Assembly: GCF_006345805.1 (NCBI RefSeq) | Contig: NC_043010.1 | Coordinates: forward strand, 19,468,001 to 19,532,000 | DNA from: Octopus sinensis | Taxonomy: Eukaryota | Reading direction: 5' to 3' | Length of the DNA stretch: 64,000 nucleotides | Part shown: positions 25,903 to 39,570 of the stretch, one piece after another | How positions within the stretch are numbered: position 1 is the first letter of the stretch | Layout of the letters: each line of letters opens with the position of its first letter | The notes under the pieces: model-generated | Told to the model about the DNA's origin: nothing | The model's database searches: none | The model's input: the letters and a program-made list of their open reading frames with translations, nothing else | Made by a program: the position numbers and the translations under genes

Positions 25903-26335
25903 GGCCATTCAAGAATTTGGACCTGGAGATCTCTGCTTCCAGCGACTTCGAGGGCCACCTCCCAGTGGTGTCAGGCGTCAACGAAGAGCCCTCAACTACA
26001 ACAAGATGACTAAAGTTTTTTTTTTCCAAGGTCTGGGGTCTCCTGCACCTAAGCCCTAGACCAGGGGTGGGCAAACTTTTTTGATCGCGGGCCGCACAGT
26101 GCGTCTTTGGAACCTTGGCGGGCCTCATTTATAAAAATCAAGTGGAAATATTTTTAAAGGCGGTTATAGACCTATAAACACACAATTGATTGAAAGGAAA
26201 TTTTGTGAAATATTCCTCTCGGCGGGCCACATGAAAACCTATAGCGGGCCGCATGCGGCCCGCGGGCCGTAGTTTGCCCACCCTTGCCCTAGACCATCAC
26301 CTAATCACCCTTACCCGTCTTGTTGCTTAACAACA
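25903..26335 (-). mobile_element. ~190-bp dispersed repeat interrupted by a MITE
   Basis: Homologous to the uninterrupted copy at 50243-50440; strand inferred from the adjoining (CAG)n tract of that copy. Confidence 0.7.
26062..26286. mobile_element. hAT (Charlie-like) MITE
   Basis: TIRs caggggtgggcaaact / agtttgcccacccttg; perfect 8-bp TSD ccctagac. Confidence 0.92.
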
Positions 26336-27098
26336 ACTACACCAGCACAGGTACATTTGAGTGGCACCAGTGCAGGTGCTTTTCACATAGCACCAGCACT
26401 CCTGAGCCCACAAGATTAGGACTGCTCAGCTGGAAAGGAATGCCAAGGACAACCATGGTTTCACTTAGCTTGATGCATCTATCTAGAAAAAACATGTATA
26501 GAATCTCCTGTCTGTAATTCTTCAGACAAAGATTAAAACATAACTCCTGACTTATAATGAAGTATATGTAACATGTAATTACTCTGCAAGTTGAATTCCT
26601 AAAAAATTTCAGTCACTGCATATAACACATTTAAAATAAAACATCTATGTACATACGCAGGCTTACTGTGAACATGCAGATGTACTTCACAAAGATACAG
26701 CTTGGATTATATATATATATATAGAATGCATCATCATCATCACTTAGCTTCCACTTTCCATGCTGGCATGGGTTGGATGGTTTGACTGAGAACTGGCAAG
26801 ACAGGAGGCTGCACCAGGTTCCAATCTGATTTGGCAAGGTTTTTAAGCTGGATACTCTTCCTAATACCAACCACTCCAAGAGTATTAGTGTGTGCTTTTA
26901 CGTGCCACCAGCATGGGAGCCAGCCAGGCAGCACTGGCATCAGTCATGCTTGAATGGTGTTTTTACATGCCACTGGTACAGGTGCCAGTCAGGTGGCACT
27001 GGCATCAGCCATGACTATGATCTCACTTGGTTCAGCAGGTCTTACGAGTACAGCATATTGCCCAATGATTTAAGGGTGCTTTTAAACAGCCAGATATG

Positions 27099-27144
<46 letters not shown>

Positions 27145-27149
<5 letters not shown>

Positions 27150-27341
27150 TAATTTAGGGTATCTAAGAGATACTACCACGCTGGAAATAGCAGCCCAAAC
27201 TTGATTCTAAAACACATTAAATGTTCATATAGCACATTCTTCTCTCCTGGTGCTGTATCAACATTTAATGTGTTTTTAGAGTCAAGTTTTGGCTGTTATT
27301 TCCAGCGTGGTGGTATCTCTTAGATACCCTAAATTATAATT
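27145..27341. repeat. Fold-back element, ~90-bp arms, in (TA)n
   Basis: aattataatttagggtatctaagagatac ... gtatctcttagataccctaaattataatt. Confidence 0.9.
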
Positions 27342-27422
27342 TTAATAATAATTAACTTTGAAGGTTTTTATTCCCATGCTGACCACCTGATAAGTTTGGT
27401 ATTTAAATAATGATCTTATTCT

Positions 27423-27461
<39 letters not shown>

Positions 27462-27465
<4 letters not shown>

Positions 27466-28692
27466 CATCCCATAAATAATGCACTTTTTTTATACTTCTT
27501 TTATTTTTATTTTTAAATCTAAAATATACTCTCCTTCATTTTCTACAATGTTCTTCTGGTAGACTTTGACTTTCAAGGCCTCTCTTCCAAAATTCACTTG
27601 TCCTTGATGAAAAATACTCTCCCAGTACTCTTCTGACCTTGTCTACAGAATTCATATTTTTTCTGTCCAAATGATTTTGAAGACTGCGGAATAAAAGATA
27701 ATCAGATGGGGCAGTGTCCGGTAAATATGGTGGGTGGGGCATCGTTTCCCATTCACACTGCTCCAGCTTTTGGAATGTTATCTTCGCTGTATGTGACCAA
27801 GCAATCCTGATGGAAGAAAACTATTCGTCTTGAAGCCAAAGATGGTCGTTTTTCTTCTAGCACTGACCTGAGCTGCTCAAGCTCCTTTGTTATCATTTGA
27901 TTTGGGTTTAAAAGTTCAAAGTGGACTAAACCTTTCATATCCCACCAAACAGATAACAACACCTTACATGGGTGAAGACCTTCTCTGGCCTGGGGTGCCG
28001 GTGTTTCTCTTTTCCTAACCCATTGTCTTCGGTGCTTTCACATTTTTATAGAGAACTCATATTTGATCCAAAAAAGGTTCATTCATGAGACATGACTGCA
28101 AAGAAAAGCACACATTCACTCTTTGCATGAGATTAGACTTAGAAAGTTTATGAGGAAGCCATTGACTCAATTTGCTGACTTTTCCGATGGCACACAGGTG
28201 TCGATGAATGGCTGAATGACCAAATCCGCGCTTCTCTGCTAGTTCCTCAACAGTTACGATGGAATTTTTTTTTTCCACCAGGGTTTGCAGGATGTCCTCA
28301 TTGAGTTCTACAGATCTTCCAGGATGAGGCTCGTCTTCTAGGCTGTAGTTTCCGGCTTGAAATTTCTGGAACTACCATTGACACTAGCTTACACTTATTG
28401 TCTGATCCCCATATACTACATTAATATTCCTCACACTTTCCGTTGCATTGTTGCCTTTATTGAACTCATAAAGCAAAATATGCCGAATATACTCCTTTGT
28501 CACTTCCATTATAGCTTTGGAAAAATAACAGTTAAAATTGAACTGCACTCTTCAAAACTTGCACTAAGAATAAGGACAAGGTAAAATCACTACCTGCTTT
28601 TATAGCAAGTTGATACAGTTAGTTTATCCCATCCCCCTCCAACTTTTTATTTATGCAATCGAAGAAACAAAATTATTTATGGGATGACCCAA
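27462..28692 (-). mobile_element. Mariner DNA transposon, full length, transposase disrupted
   Basis: TIRs gggtcatcccataaataat / attatttatgggatgaccc; peptide fragments WLPHKLS, LLSVWWD, PHPPYLPDTAPSDYLLF in different frames. Confidence 0.93.
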
Positions 28693-28935
28693 TTTATATA
28701 TATATATGCATGAATGTATATATATATGATACAATATATATTTTATATGATGTAATACAATATGTAATCTAGACACACACTACAGTACTGGGGTTAATGA
28801 AAGATATGAACCACTAACCCTATCAGATGGTTGTTTGCTGCCCCTCTGCCCTATTGTTTCTGTAACCTACTAACAAAGGACCTTCTGGTTCAGTTTACCA
28901 TCCATACTTTTTTTTAGTGTACATGAGTGTATATA

Positions 28936-28973
<38 letters not shown>

Positions 28974-29097
28974 CTTATGTGGAGTGGGTTGTGGGTCCAT
29001 ATGTGTTTTATTTACATGCATGTGCTTGTATCTGAACATGTGTGTATGTTTGTGTACACACACTCATGCATGCAAGCATACACATACACACTTACAT

Positions 29098-29146
<49 letters not shown>

Positions 29147-29343
29147 AACACACACACATATAAGTTTGGTGCTACAAAAAACAACCTAACCTTTTGCATC
29201 ATTTGTAGAGAGAGCATTTATAACTAATAAAGAAATATATATGTACATGCACACACGCACATAGATACATACATATATACATACATACATACATACATAC
29301 ATACATACATGTGTGTGTATACATATACACACACACATACATA

Positions 29344-29867
29344 TCCTGTTATAAATTTGAGTAATGTTTCTCTGTCTGTTACATTTTTATGTTCCTTAAT
29401 TCTTCTTAGACCGTTGGTGCAAAGACAAGGAAACTCAAACTACTAACTCCCCTAATCCCAGGGAATGTCCTAAGGGGGTCTGTTTTTTAAAGGGCCACTT
29501 AATTAGGGCCCCACTGACCCCAACCCTATTTTTACTACATTTTAAACTAAATACATGGCATTGGTGACCAGATCAGAGCAATGACAACGAATTTCATACC
29601 ATGAACTCCCAGGGAGTATCATAAGAAGGTTCAATTTCTGAAGACCAACTTAAATAAGGCCTCACTGACCCCCACTATTTTTACTGCATTTACCTTGCTC
29701 CTACGCTTATTGATCAGCATCAGTGCTTAGCACATTTGCAGAAATAGGTTTGCAAATTCTAAATATCTTCAGATTCCTTCAAATCAAGATGAAGTTTTAT
29801 AACAGGTACGTTTCAGGTGTGGTAATGTGGTTATTTATATTTTGTAGTTTATGAAACTTACGTCTAG
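29344..29867 (+). mobile_element. Non-autonomous Helitron-like element, copy 2
   Basis: a|TCctgttataaa ... gtagtttatgaaacttac-gt-CTAG|t; homolog of 5571-6090. Confidence 0.65.
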
Positions 29868-30021
29868 TGATTATATATTTACATTGGATCAGTTTCCCAT
29901 GTAAAGACCAATTCCAGTGTTATCACTAAACAAATGATTCCTCCTATACGAAGGAACATATATTTGTAAAGAGATATGGATGAAGATGATAGGCATTTCT
30001 TCCACAGTTGCCCAACCCTAG

Positions 30022-30052
<31 letters not shown>

Positions 30053-30060
30053 TATATATA

Positions 30061-30356
30061 TCTTTATATATAAAAGAGAGGTTGTGTGTCTGTCTCCTAT
30101 GATTTAGATTCCTAACTACTCCCACATTTTGCGGTGCAGTTTAACCAAAACCAGGTATCTTATAGTCGTGATTCATATCGAGCCCTTCTGGGTATTAGCA
30201 CGCATCTACGATGAGTCTACGATTTAAAAAAAAATTTACCATCATTTTTTTCCATTTTAATGCATTTTTTTCGCTATTTTTTGGCTATAACTCTCTAAAA
30301 ATGCTTATATAGTTATTTCCCTTACAAACCCGAGCAACGCCGGGCGATACTGCTAG
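30061..30356 (+). mobile_element. Non-autonomous Helitron
   Basis: a|TCtttatatataaaag ... hairpin cccgagcaacgccggg ... CTAG|t, inserted in (TA)n. Confidence 0.85.
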
Positions 30357-32522
30357 TATATATATATAATTATTATCATTATCATCATCATTTAACGTCC
30401 ATTTTCCATGCTGTCATGGGTTGGACAGTTCGACTGGGGTCTGGGAAGCCAGGAGGCTGCACCAGGCTCCTGTCTGATTTGGCAGTGTTTCTACAGCTGG
30501 ATGCTCTTCCTAATGCCAACCACTCTGAGAGTGTAGTGGGTGCTTTTTTTACTTGTCACTGGCACAGGGGCCAGAGGAGGCTGCATCGACCACAACCGGA
30601 TGATGCTTTTTATGTGCCACTGGCATGGAAGCCAGTCTAGGCGGTGCTGGCATCGGCCACATTCAGATGGTTCTTTTTATGTGCCATCGGCACAGGGATC
30701 ACAACTACAATTTCCATTTCATTGTGATTTGATTTGATTTATATATATATATATATATATATACCAGTGCCACGCAAAATGCACTTTTCCATGTGAAAAG
30801 CAACCAGTACTCTCTGGAAAGTTGTTGGCTTTAGTAAGAACATCTCAGCTATTGAAACCATGCCAATGAGTTAATGAAACCATCCAACCCATGTGAGTAT
30901 GGAAAACAGACATTAATTGATGAAAAAGAAACAGATGTAACTTGACTATTTGAATAATATATGTGGATACCTTTATCATCATTTTGACGGCAGTTTTTCC
31001 ATGTGTGTAGCTCTGATTGAATATGTTGGGGCAGATTCTCTACAGGTAGACACTCTCTCTGTCACCAACCTTCATCTGTTTTACAAGCAAGGTAATATTT
31101 GTATACGTTGGGGGAGAGAGTGAGAGGTTTTATTGTGTGTGCGCGCGCGCGTGAACGTGTGTGTGTGTGTGTTTGTGTGTATGTGTGAATGTGTAATGCT
31201 TGTGTGTAACCCCCCCCTTGTAACATCAAAAGAAACTTACACGATGATAATGAAGGTTATGAAGGGGGGGTGTCATGGTAGGAAGGGTGATGAGTTGATG
31301 GTAGTTATGTTTTGGTGTCCCAGATGATTGTCATGATACTAGTTGTGGTGATGGTGATTATGATGGTGGTGGTGGTGGTGGTGGTGATGATGATGATGGT
31401 GATGATGATGATGAAAGTGAGGCTTCTTTGTGTGGGAGTTGAAAGGGTACAGGACAACCCACACCAGCGCATACACTTCTGACATTTATGACACTGACAT
31501 TATCAGACAAACACTGTTGACCTTTGACATACACCACCACCACCACCATCACCAACAACAACTCAAGAAGTATCTACTTGGTTGCTCGACCTGCTAGACA
31601 TAGCAGCTAAATCACTCTCATATTATGCACTACCATTTATCCTTAAATATACATTGGATGGTGTAGTTCTTGACATATTAAATCTGAATGAATGACAGGA
31701 TGGGCATGATTGGAATGCCCTTGATCATGAATCTATCATTATCAATCTGAGCCTACCTGAGTCTGCACAACAACATAACCTCCACCATGACAACTACTAA
31801 CAATAGCACCTCTGTGCGGTTACTTGATTTGCTACAAATAACAGCTAAGTCTACCTCTAACCACACTCTAGTACCTAAACAATGGATATGTCAGCTTGGG
31901 TGGTACAGGTTGGATTGTTTGTTAACAAAATAATGGGATGATCTTGGTTGGAATGCATCATTAGTCATAAGTCTGCTTGCTGGTTCAGAACTAACTCAGG
32001 GTTAAACAACAACCTCTAGATGTCCGTCTAGCAGTGTAAACAAATAATCTGATCTTCAAGTCAAACTTAATATAAAAAAATAAATTGTTTCCTTCTTGGG
32101 CCAGACTCATAAGGACCAATTTCCTGGTTTCCATGGCATATAAATTCCCTCACCCGGACAGGATGCCAGTCCATCACAGCATTACTCATATTTGCCAGCT
32201 GAGTGGACTGGATTAATGTGGAATGAAGTGTTTTGCTCAAAAAAACAACACATCGCCTGGTTCAGGAATTGAAACCACAATCTTATAATCATCAGTCCAA
32301 CACCCTAACCACTAAGCCACATGCCTCCACAAACTTAATATAATTGTGTGCAAAAAGAATGGCACTTTTCCCTCGGGTTCTGTGAGTTTTACAATATTGT
32401 ACTACTGTTGTGCCATTGTAATATTGTGTTACTACAATCCAGATTCTGTAAAATGTTGCTCTTCTGGTGTCCACCTTCAGGGTGCCAAACTCAATTCCTT
32501 ATAAATTGATATATAATTGATA

Positions 32523-32959
32523 GGATCTTTTCGGTTTGAACGGCAGTTTTTTCTAGCGGTGTCATATGAAATTGTCACCCATAATTATGACCCTAGTATC
32601 GATCTATTGCATTTCAATCTGTTTTAGGGTTACGGTTAGTTAGGGTTGGTTAGGGTTAGGGGTGGGGGGAAGGATATCTTTTTTTCTTCACAAATGTAAA
32701 TAAACCCAATTTGTTTCTTAAATGAGGGACATATCCATATGGCACAGAATGTTTTCACTTCAATGGACGTCATTGATTGGTTGAAATTGCAGAAATTGAA
32801 GAAATAAAAACAACAAATATCTTACAAACTATAGAATTTTCTCAATAAAGCCAAGAGAAAAAGATGCTTTATAAACACATTCTACCAGTATACGAAGTTT
32901 AAAATTTTTTAGTTACCTAGAAATTATGTTAAAAACTGCCATTCAAACCGAAAAGATCC
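32523..32959. mobile_element. MITE with ~28-bp TIRs, 8-bp TSD and internal TTAGGG-like repeats (possibly Merlin-type)
   Basis: ggatcttttcggtttgaacggcagtttt / aaaactgccattcaaaccgaaaagatcc; TSD aattgata. Confidence 0.88.
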
Positions 32960-33720
32960 AATTGATATGGAGCAAAGCCATAGAGATGACATCATTGACC
33001 TTGTATTTTTTTTTTAATTCTTCAGCATGTCAGTCATTATTATTCGTTGAAATTAATTTAAGACTGTTTTGAGTCACTGACTGAGGCCAAACTAGCAGAC
33101 CATGTTATAAATGGTGTTTTTGATTGTTACGCTGGTCTGTAACATAACAGCTTTGATGGGAGGTTTTTACAATATATACATAAGAAAACAATATATATAT
33201 ATATATATATTCATCATTTTGAACTGTTAATTCCTACACATTTTTTTCTCTCTCCATTTTTTCCTACTCAATCCTTTCTTTTGAAGAGTGTAGGGCTCAG
33301 AATGTCAAAAGACTTTTCCATTCTTCCCCAAGCACCAAACTAATACACCTGCTTGTTCTTCCCTCACCTGTCTTTCATCATCATCATCATCATCCAGTGT
33401 TTTAAATCTGAGTTTGTCCCTGCTAACGGGGGTGGCTGGATCTACCTCAATGCCATAGCAACTGCCCTCACACCATCTCGCCATCTTGCCCGTTTCCGGC
33501 ATCCTCTTTTTCAAACCAACCCTCCTAACCACCTCCACCTATCCCCTCCACCTTTTCCTTGGTCTATCTCGTTTTTGCGCTCCATTTACCTCAAATGCAA
33601 TCACCCTCCTCAGAACATGCTCTTCATCCTTCCCCAACACATTCCCATACCACCTCATTCCATGTGCCCTTGCCAGTCTTTTGTTTTCTGTAAATTTGAA
33701 CTTATATATACATGTATGTA

Positions 33721-33768
<48 letters not shown>

Positions 33769-34441
33769 AGAGGGAGGCGAAAATTGACCTGGCAGAAGCA
33801 AGTAGGAACACCAGATGCATTTCTGCCTTACTGGGAGATTTTTATAGCAAGTGTAGACAGTTGCACACTGCAGTGAAGTTTGTCACATCACATCCATGAT
33901 TTTAACTCGTCATGAGAAATTCACTGGCCAACTAACTTTTCCACCAACCTGTACATCCTTTAGCGAACCTTAAAGCACAAGATAAACAAATTTCTTTACT
34001 AAAAGCACCTAAATAAAGCTGACACACCTAAATAAACATACTTAACCACAAATGTTTGGTTGAACTCTGAACAATTAGCTTCCACCTACAAATAAAGAAA
34101 TCTGCTGACCATCTAACCTTTTCACTTACTTATATACCCCACCTCATCCGAACTCTTAAAATACTTCATGGCCAAAAGTTGGCACACCTAAATAATAACT
34201 GCTGATTATAAGGTTCCACATGCATGATTGAATTCTAAGCAATAACACAACTCCAATTTTAATCAATAAAAATCTTGCATAATATCTTTCCCTCAGAATC
34301 TACCCTGCAACCAACCTAATTACAATTCAGGGTGTGCTCCACCTGCCCCAGAAAAATTAAACTTACCAGAGACTATATAGAGCCAAAATATACCACACAC
34401 ACACACACACACACAACACACACACACACACACACACACAC

Positions 34442-34513
<72 letters not shown>

Positions 34514-34976
34514 TACACACACATTTATCTCCATACAAACAAACATATATTTGTGAATTTATATATAAACATATGTATACATACATATATACAGGCAAGC
34601 ACACACGCACATACATATGTCTGTATACATTTAAGAAAATCAATCACACTGATATATATATATCTTCTATACTGGGATCCATTCCATCTCCCACTGATAC
34701 AATATTGTGTTTTTAAACCCAGCCTCTCCATAGGAAATATTAATTCCAAATAAATACTGCAGTAAATTTTATCTATTACAGTGTATTTACATTAAACATG
34801 ATACATAAATAGCTATTTTAGTCTAATATTGCTTCTGCTTCATATAACGGATATAGGTCAGTGTTGGAGGTGAAGAGTAGCAGTGTTTCTGTTGATGATG
34901 ATGATGGTAATGGTAATGATAGTTATGATAATAATAATGATGAGTATGTTGAAGATGATTATGATGATGATACACA

Positions 34977-35192
34977 TGAGGGGATGCCGGAAAGTTCCTG
35001 GTTTTGGGTAAAAGAAAATATGGGAGGATCGTTAATTAGGATTTTATCCAACATATTCCCCTCTCAGATTCAAACACGTATTACTGTGGTCCGTCACTTT
35101 TTCTAAGCCCTCTAAAAGAACTCAGAAGGTTGGGCCTCCAACCAGGCCTTTCGTGATGCCCCTAAAGCCAGGAACTTTTCAGCAACCCCTTG
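34977..35192. mobile_element. Mariner-like MITE
   Basis: Imperfect TIRs gaggggatgccggaaagttcctggtttt / aaagccaggaacttttcagcaacccct. Confidence 0.65.
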
Positions 35193-35830
35193 TGTGTGTG
35201 TGTATGTGTGTGTGTGTGTGTGTATGTGTGTGTGTGTGTGTGTATGTGTGTATGTGTGTATGTGTGTGTGAGCTCACATGTACTTATCTGTGTGTATGCT
35301 TGTATGCATATGTATATGTGTGTATGTATGACCATATATTTACATATTTATATAATAGTATGTATATTTTTACGTAGGTATTTGTTTTTTCATGAGCTTA
35401 TGTATGTATATATTTATTTGTCCCTATGTGTGTATGTATATGTGTGGGTGGGTGTGCACGCATGTGTATGTGTGCATGAATATTTACGTATATATGTGTT
35501 TGTGTATATGTCTACGTGTCACCATCATGTCAGCCTGTCCCCTCTCTCCTCATCTTCCCCCCTTACAATACACCCATTTGACACTCCTCCTTTGCCTGTT
35601 AGCAATTAAACCAATTAGACCAAATTACTTCCCCCACCTCATTCTCTACCCATCATGCCTTATGACAGGGGAGTGGGTGGAAATAACCCCCTCCTGCCCA
35701 TTCCCTCCTTTACTGGCAATAGAGTGGTAGCGGCAGCAAGGCAGAAGCTGCTGATGCAGTGCTAACTGTATGGTAAAGATATTAGAGAGATGTTCAGTCC
35801 ATGCATACATACATACATATGTATGTATGC

Positions 35831-35877
<47 letters not shown>

Positions 35878-35998
35878 GTACGTGTGTGTGTGTGTGTGTG
35901 TATATATATGTATGTATATGTATGTATATATATATATATATATGTATGTATATGTACGTATATAAATATATATATATATATATGTATATGTACTATAT

Positions 35999-36066
<68 letters not shown>

Positions 36067-39000
36067 CGTATATGTACGTATATATATATATATATATCGT
36101 ATATATGTATATATATGTGTGTATGTTTGTGTGTTGTATTTGTCCCCCTCTCCCAACATCGCTTGACAACCGATGCTGGTGTGTTTACGTCCCCGTAACT
36201 TAGTGGTTCAGCAAAAGAGATCGATAGAATAAGTACTAGGCTTACAAAGAATAAGTCCTGGGTTCGATTTCCTCGACTAAAGGCAGTGCTCCAGCATGGC
36301 CACAGTCAAATGACTGAAACAAGTAAATGAGTAAATATATATATATATACACACACACTCATGCACACATATTTGCATCTTAATAATTCATGACAATGGA
36401 ACAATTTTATATCCCCCCCCCCCACCGGAGAAGGAGAGGAGTATAATTTATTTCTTTATTGCCCATGGGGGTGGGGTTAAACATAGAGAGGGACAATCAA
36501 AGACAGACAAAGGGATTAAGTTGATTACATCGACCTCAATGTGTAACTGGTACTTATTTCATCGACCCCAGAAGGATGAAAAGCAAAGTTGACCTCGGCG
36601 GAATTTGAACTCAGAATGTAAAGATTAAACAAAAATCCGCTAAGCATTTTGCCCGCCATGCTAACCATTCTGCCAGTTCACCACCTTAACAAGAGAAATA
36701 TAATTGATACTATTATGTAGTCTGGTTAAAGCATGTTGTTGGTGTTGCTTAGCCCTCGGTCAGCCTTGATTGAGCAGGCCTGTGAGCATTGGGGTCACAG
36801 ACATGACCACACCAACATTTTACACACGTTTCTGTTTATTTATTTATTGGGTTGTCCTTCACGATCTGTTCCAGAATGGTGATATCGGTAGCTTTATCTT
36901 TTGTCTTTCACCTGTTTCATTGATTAGACTGTGGCCATTCTGGGGCACCACCTTGAAGAATTTTAGTTAAACAAATCTACCCCAGTACTTTGTCCTCTTT
37001 AAATCTTGGTACTTATTCTATTGGTTTTTTGATGAACTGCTAAGTTACGGGGATGTAAATGCACCAACACTGGTTGTCAAGCAGTGATGGGGAACAACTA
37101 CACACACACCCACACACACACACACAAAACACACACACACACAAACATGCACATACACACACATTTATATATACAAGCTTGTTTCAGTTTCCGTCTACCA
37201 AATCCACTCACAAGGCTTTGGTGGGACTGGACCTGGAACCATGTGGTTGAGAAGCAAACTGGTTACCACACAGCCAGGCCTGTTCCTATGGCAGATATGG
37301 GAACCGTTTAAGGCGGCAAGCTGGCAGAAACATTAGCATGCTGGGCAAAATGCTTAGCGATAGTTCGTCTATCTTTATGTTTTGAGTTCAAATTCTGCCA
37401 AGGTCAGCTTTGCTTTTCATCCTTTCAAGGTTGATAAATTAAATACCAGTTGCGTACTGGGTGGATCTAATCAACTGGCCCTCTCCCCAAAAATTTTGGG
37501 CCTTGTACCTAGAGTAGAGAAGGATATGGGAACCGTTTCTGTAGTACAGATATATGATAGTAGCAATAGGTAAAAACATGGCTGGGAGGGGGGTGGAATT
37601 CTAGAGGAATGGTATTCTGTGGAAGCTAGATTGGATGCAGTGGTTAGTGTGATACCTGAGACAGAGAGGAGAGAATATGAGTTGTGGTGAGAGGGGAGAG
37701 AAGAGATTCAGGAGTGCCTGAGTGGAAATGACTCAAAACTAACCAGTTTCAAGCAGATGCCATAGTTGTAGCAGGAGAAAGAATCAGAGGGAGCGGACAT
37801 AGTTTGGTGTGTGTTGGTGAGTGACTTCATGCCAATTAGTTAGTTGATCTTGCTTTGGAAGGTAGCAGAGTGGGATTTGAGGGAGATTAGGTTACTATTT
37901 CTAGTATGTTCAGCAACCACCTAGTTGGCTGGATGTGAACTTGGAACATAAGAGACTCGTGCAAGGTACCACAACACATGTAACTGTACCAGTTTGTCCA
38001 GTCCATGATAATGACTTTCTTTTACTCTTTTACTTGTTTCAATCATTTGACTGTGGCCATGCTGGAGCACCACCTTTAGTCAAGCAAATTGCCCCAGGAC
38101 TTAATCATCATCATCACCATTCTTTAACATCCATCTTCCATGCTGGCATAGGATGGATAGTATGACGGGAGCTGGCAAGCGGAGAGCTGCACCAGGCTCC
38201 ATTGTCTGATATGGCATGGTTTCTAGGGGTGGATGCCCTTCCTAATGCCAACCACTTTACAGTGCGTGGACTGGGTGCTTTTTACACGGTGCCATAGGTG
38301 TGTGGAACGAAGGGAACATTACAAAGACATACTACAAAAAGTTGGTGATGACCTGGAAATTGAATGAAAAAAATTTTTTAAAAACAATGCAATAAAAGGT
38401 ATATATAGTACAGCAATAACTGATGATATGGGAACTCCAGCTGGGGCCAGTCACGGTGGTGTGTTGTGAGCTTGAGCAAGTTGCTTTATTTCTCATTGCT
38501 CCAGTATATTCAGCTGGCAAAAATAAGTAGTATTTGTAATTCAATGAACCATCCTTGTGACAATGTGTCCCACACTGTATCATCATCATCATCATTTAAC
38601 ATCCGTTGTCCATTCTGGCATGGTTGGATGGTTTGACCAGAGCTGGCGAGCTGGGGAAGCTGTACCTCGCTCCAGTCTGACTCAATATGGTTTCTATGGC
38701 TGGATGACCTTCCTAACGCCTACCACTTTACAGAGTGTACCGGGTGCTTTTCTCCCTGAGAACTACGTTAAGGGCACATGTGTCTGTGGAGTACTCGGCC
38801 ACTTGCACGTTAATCTCACAAGAAAGCCATTCTGTTGGTCAGATCAATTCAAACCCTAGTCATTGTAACCAATGGAGTGCCAGTTTTTTTTTTATAATTA
38901 ATAATAATGATTATTCCTTTTGTCATTAGGTTAATGGACAGGCGGGGGGGGGGGTTAAATTATAAAACCATTTGTGATAAGGTTACAAAGTTTGATGTAT

Positions 39001-39109
39001 GGACAATGGCATATGGGGCAAAAACCAGATGTGAAATATATACATTGTATAAATGTGTCCCAACAGAAGGGCCATCATCAGGGAACACTTTATTAATTTT
39101 CATACTACT

Positions 39110-39570
39110 AAGGCAGCGAGCTGGCAGAAACTTTAGCACACCAAGCGAAAGGCTTTGAGTATTTCGTCTGTCTTTACGTTTTGAGTTCAAATTCCGCCGA
39201 GGTCGACTTTGCCTGTCATCCTTTCGGAGTCGATTAAATAAGTACCAGTTGTGTACTGGGGTTGATGTAATCGACTTAATCCCTTTGTCTGTCCCTGTTT
39301 GTCCCTCTCTATGTTTAACCCTGCTGCAAGCAATAAAGAAATAAATATTTTAAGGCAGCAAGCTAGCAGAAACATTAGCATTCCAGGTGAAAGGCTTAGA
39401 GTATTTCGTCTGTCTTTATGTTCTGAGTTCAAATTCCGCTGAGGTCAACTGTGCCTTTCAGCCTTTTGGGGGGAGGGCATAAATTAAGTACCAGTTGCAT
39501 ACTGGGGTCAATCTAATCGACTGGCCCCCTCCCCTAAAATTTTGGGCCTTGTGCATAGAGTAGAAAAGAA
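39110..39570 (+). mobile_element. Two adjacent family B SINEs with different 3' tails
   Basis: Heads aggcagcgagctggcagaaac (39110) and aggcagcaagctagcagaaac (39352). Confidence 0.8.

Noticed and set aside
28357-28584. Similar 75-aa plus-strand ORFs at 28357 and 47482
   Set aside because: Antisense frame of two copies of the same mariner
32625-32670. TTAGGG repeats as a telomere or fusion relic
   Set aside because: Internal to a MITE present in three copies
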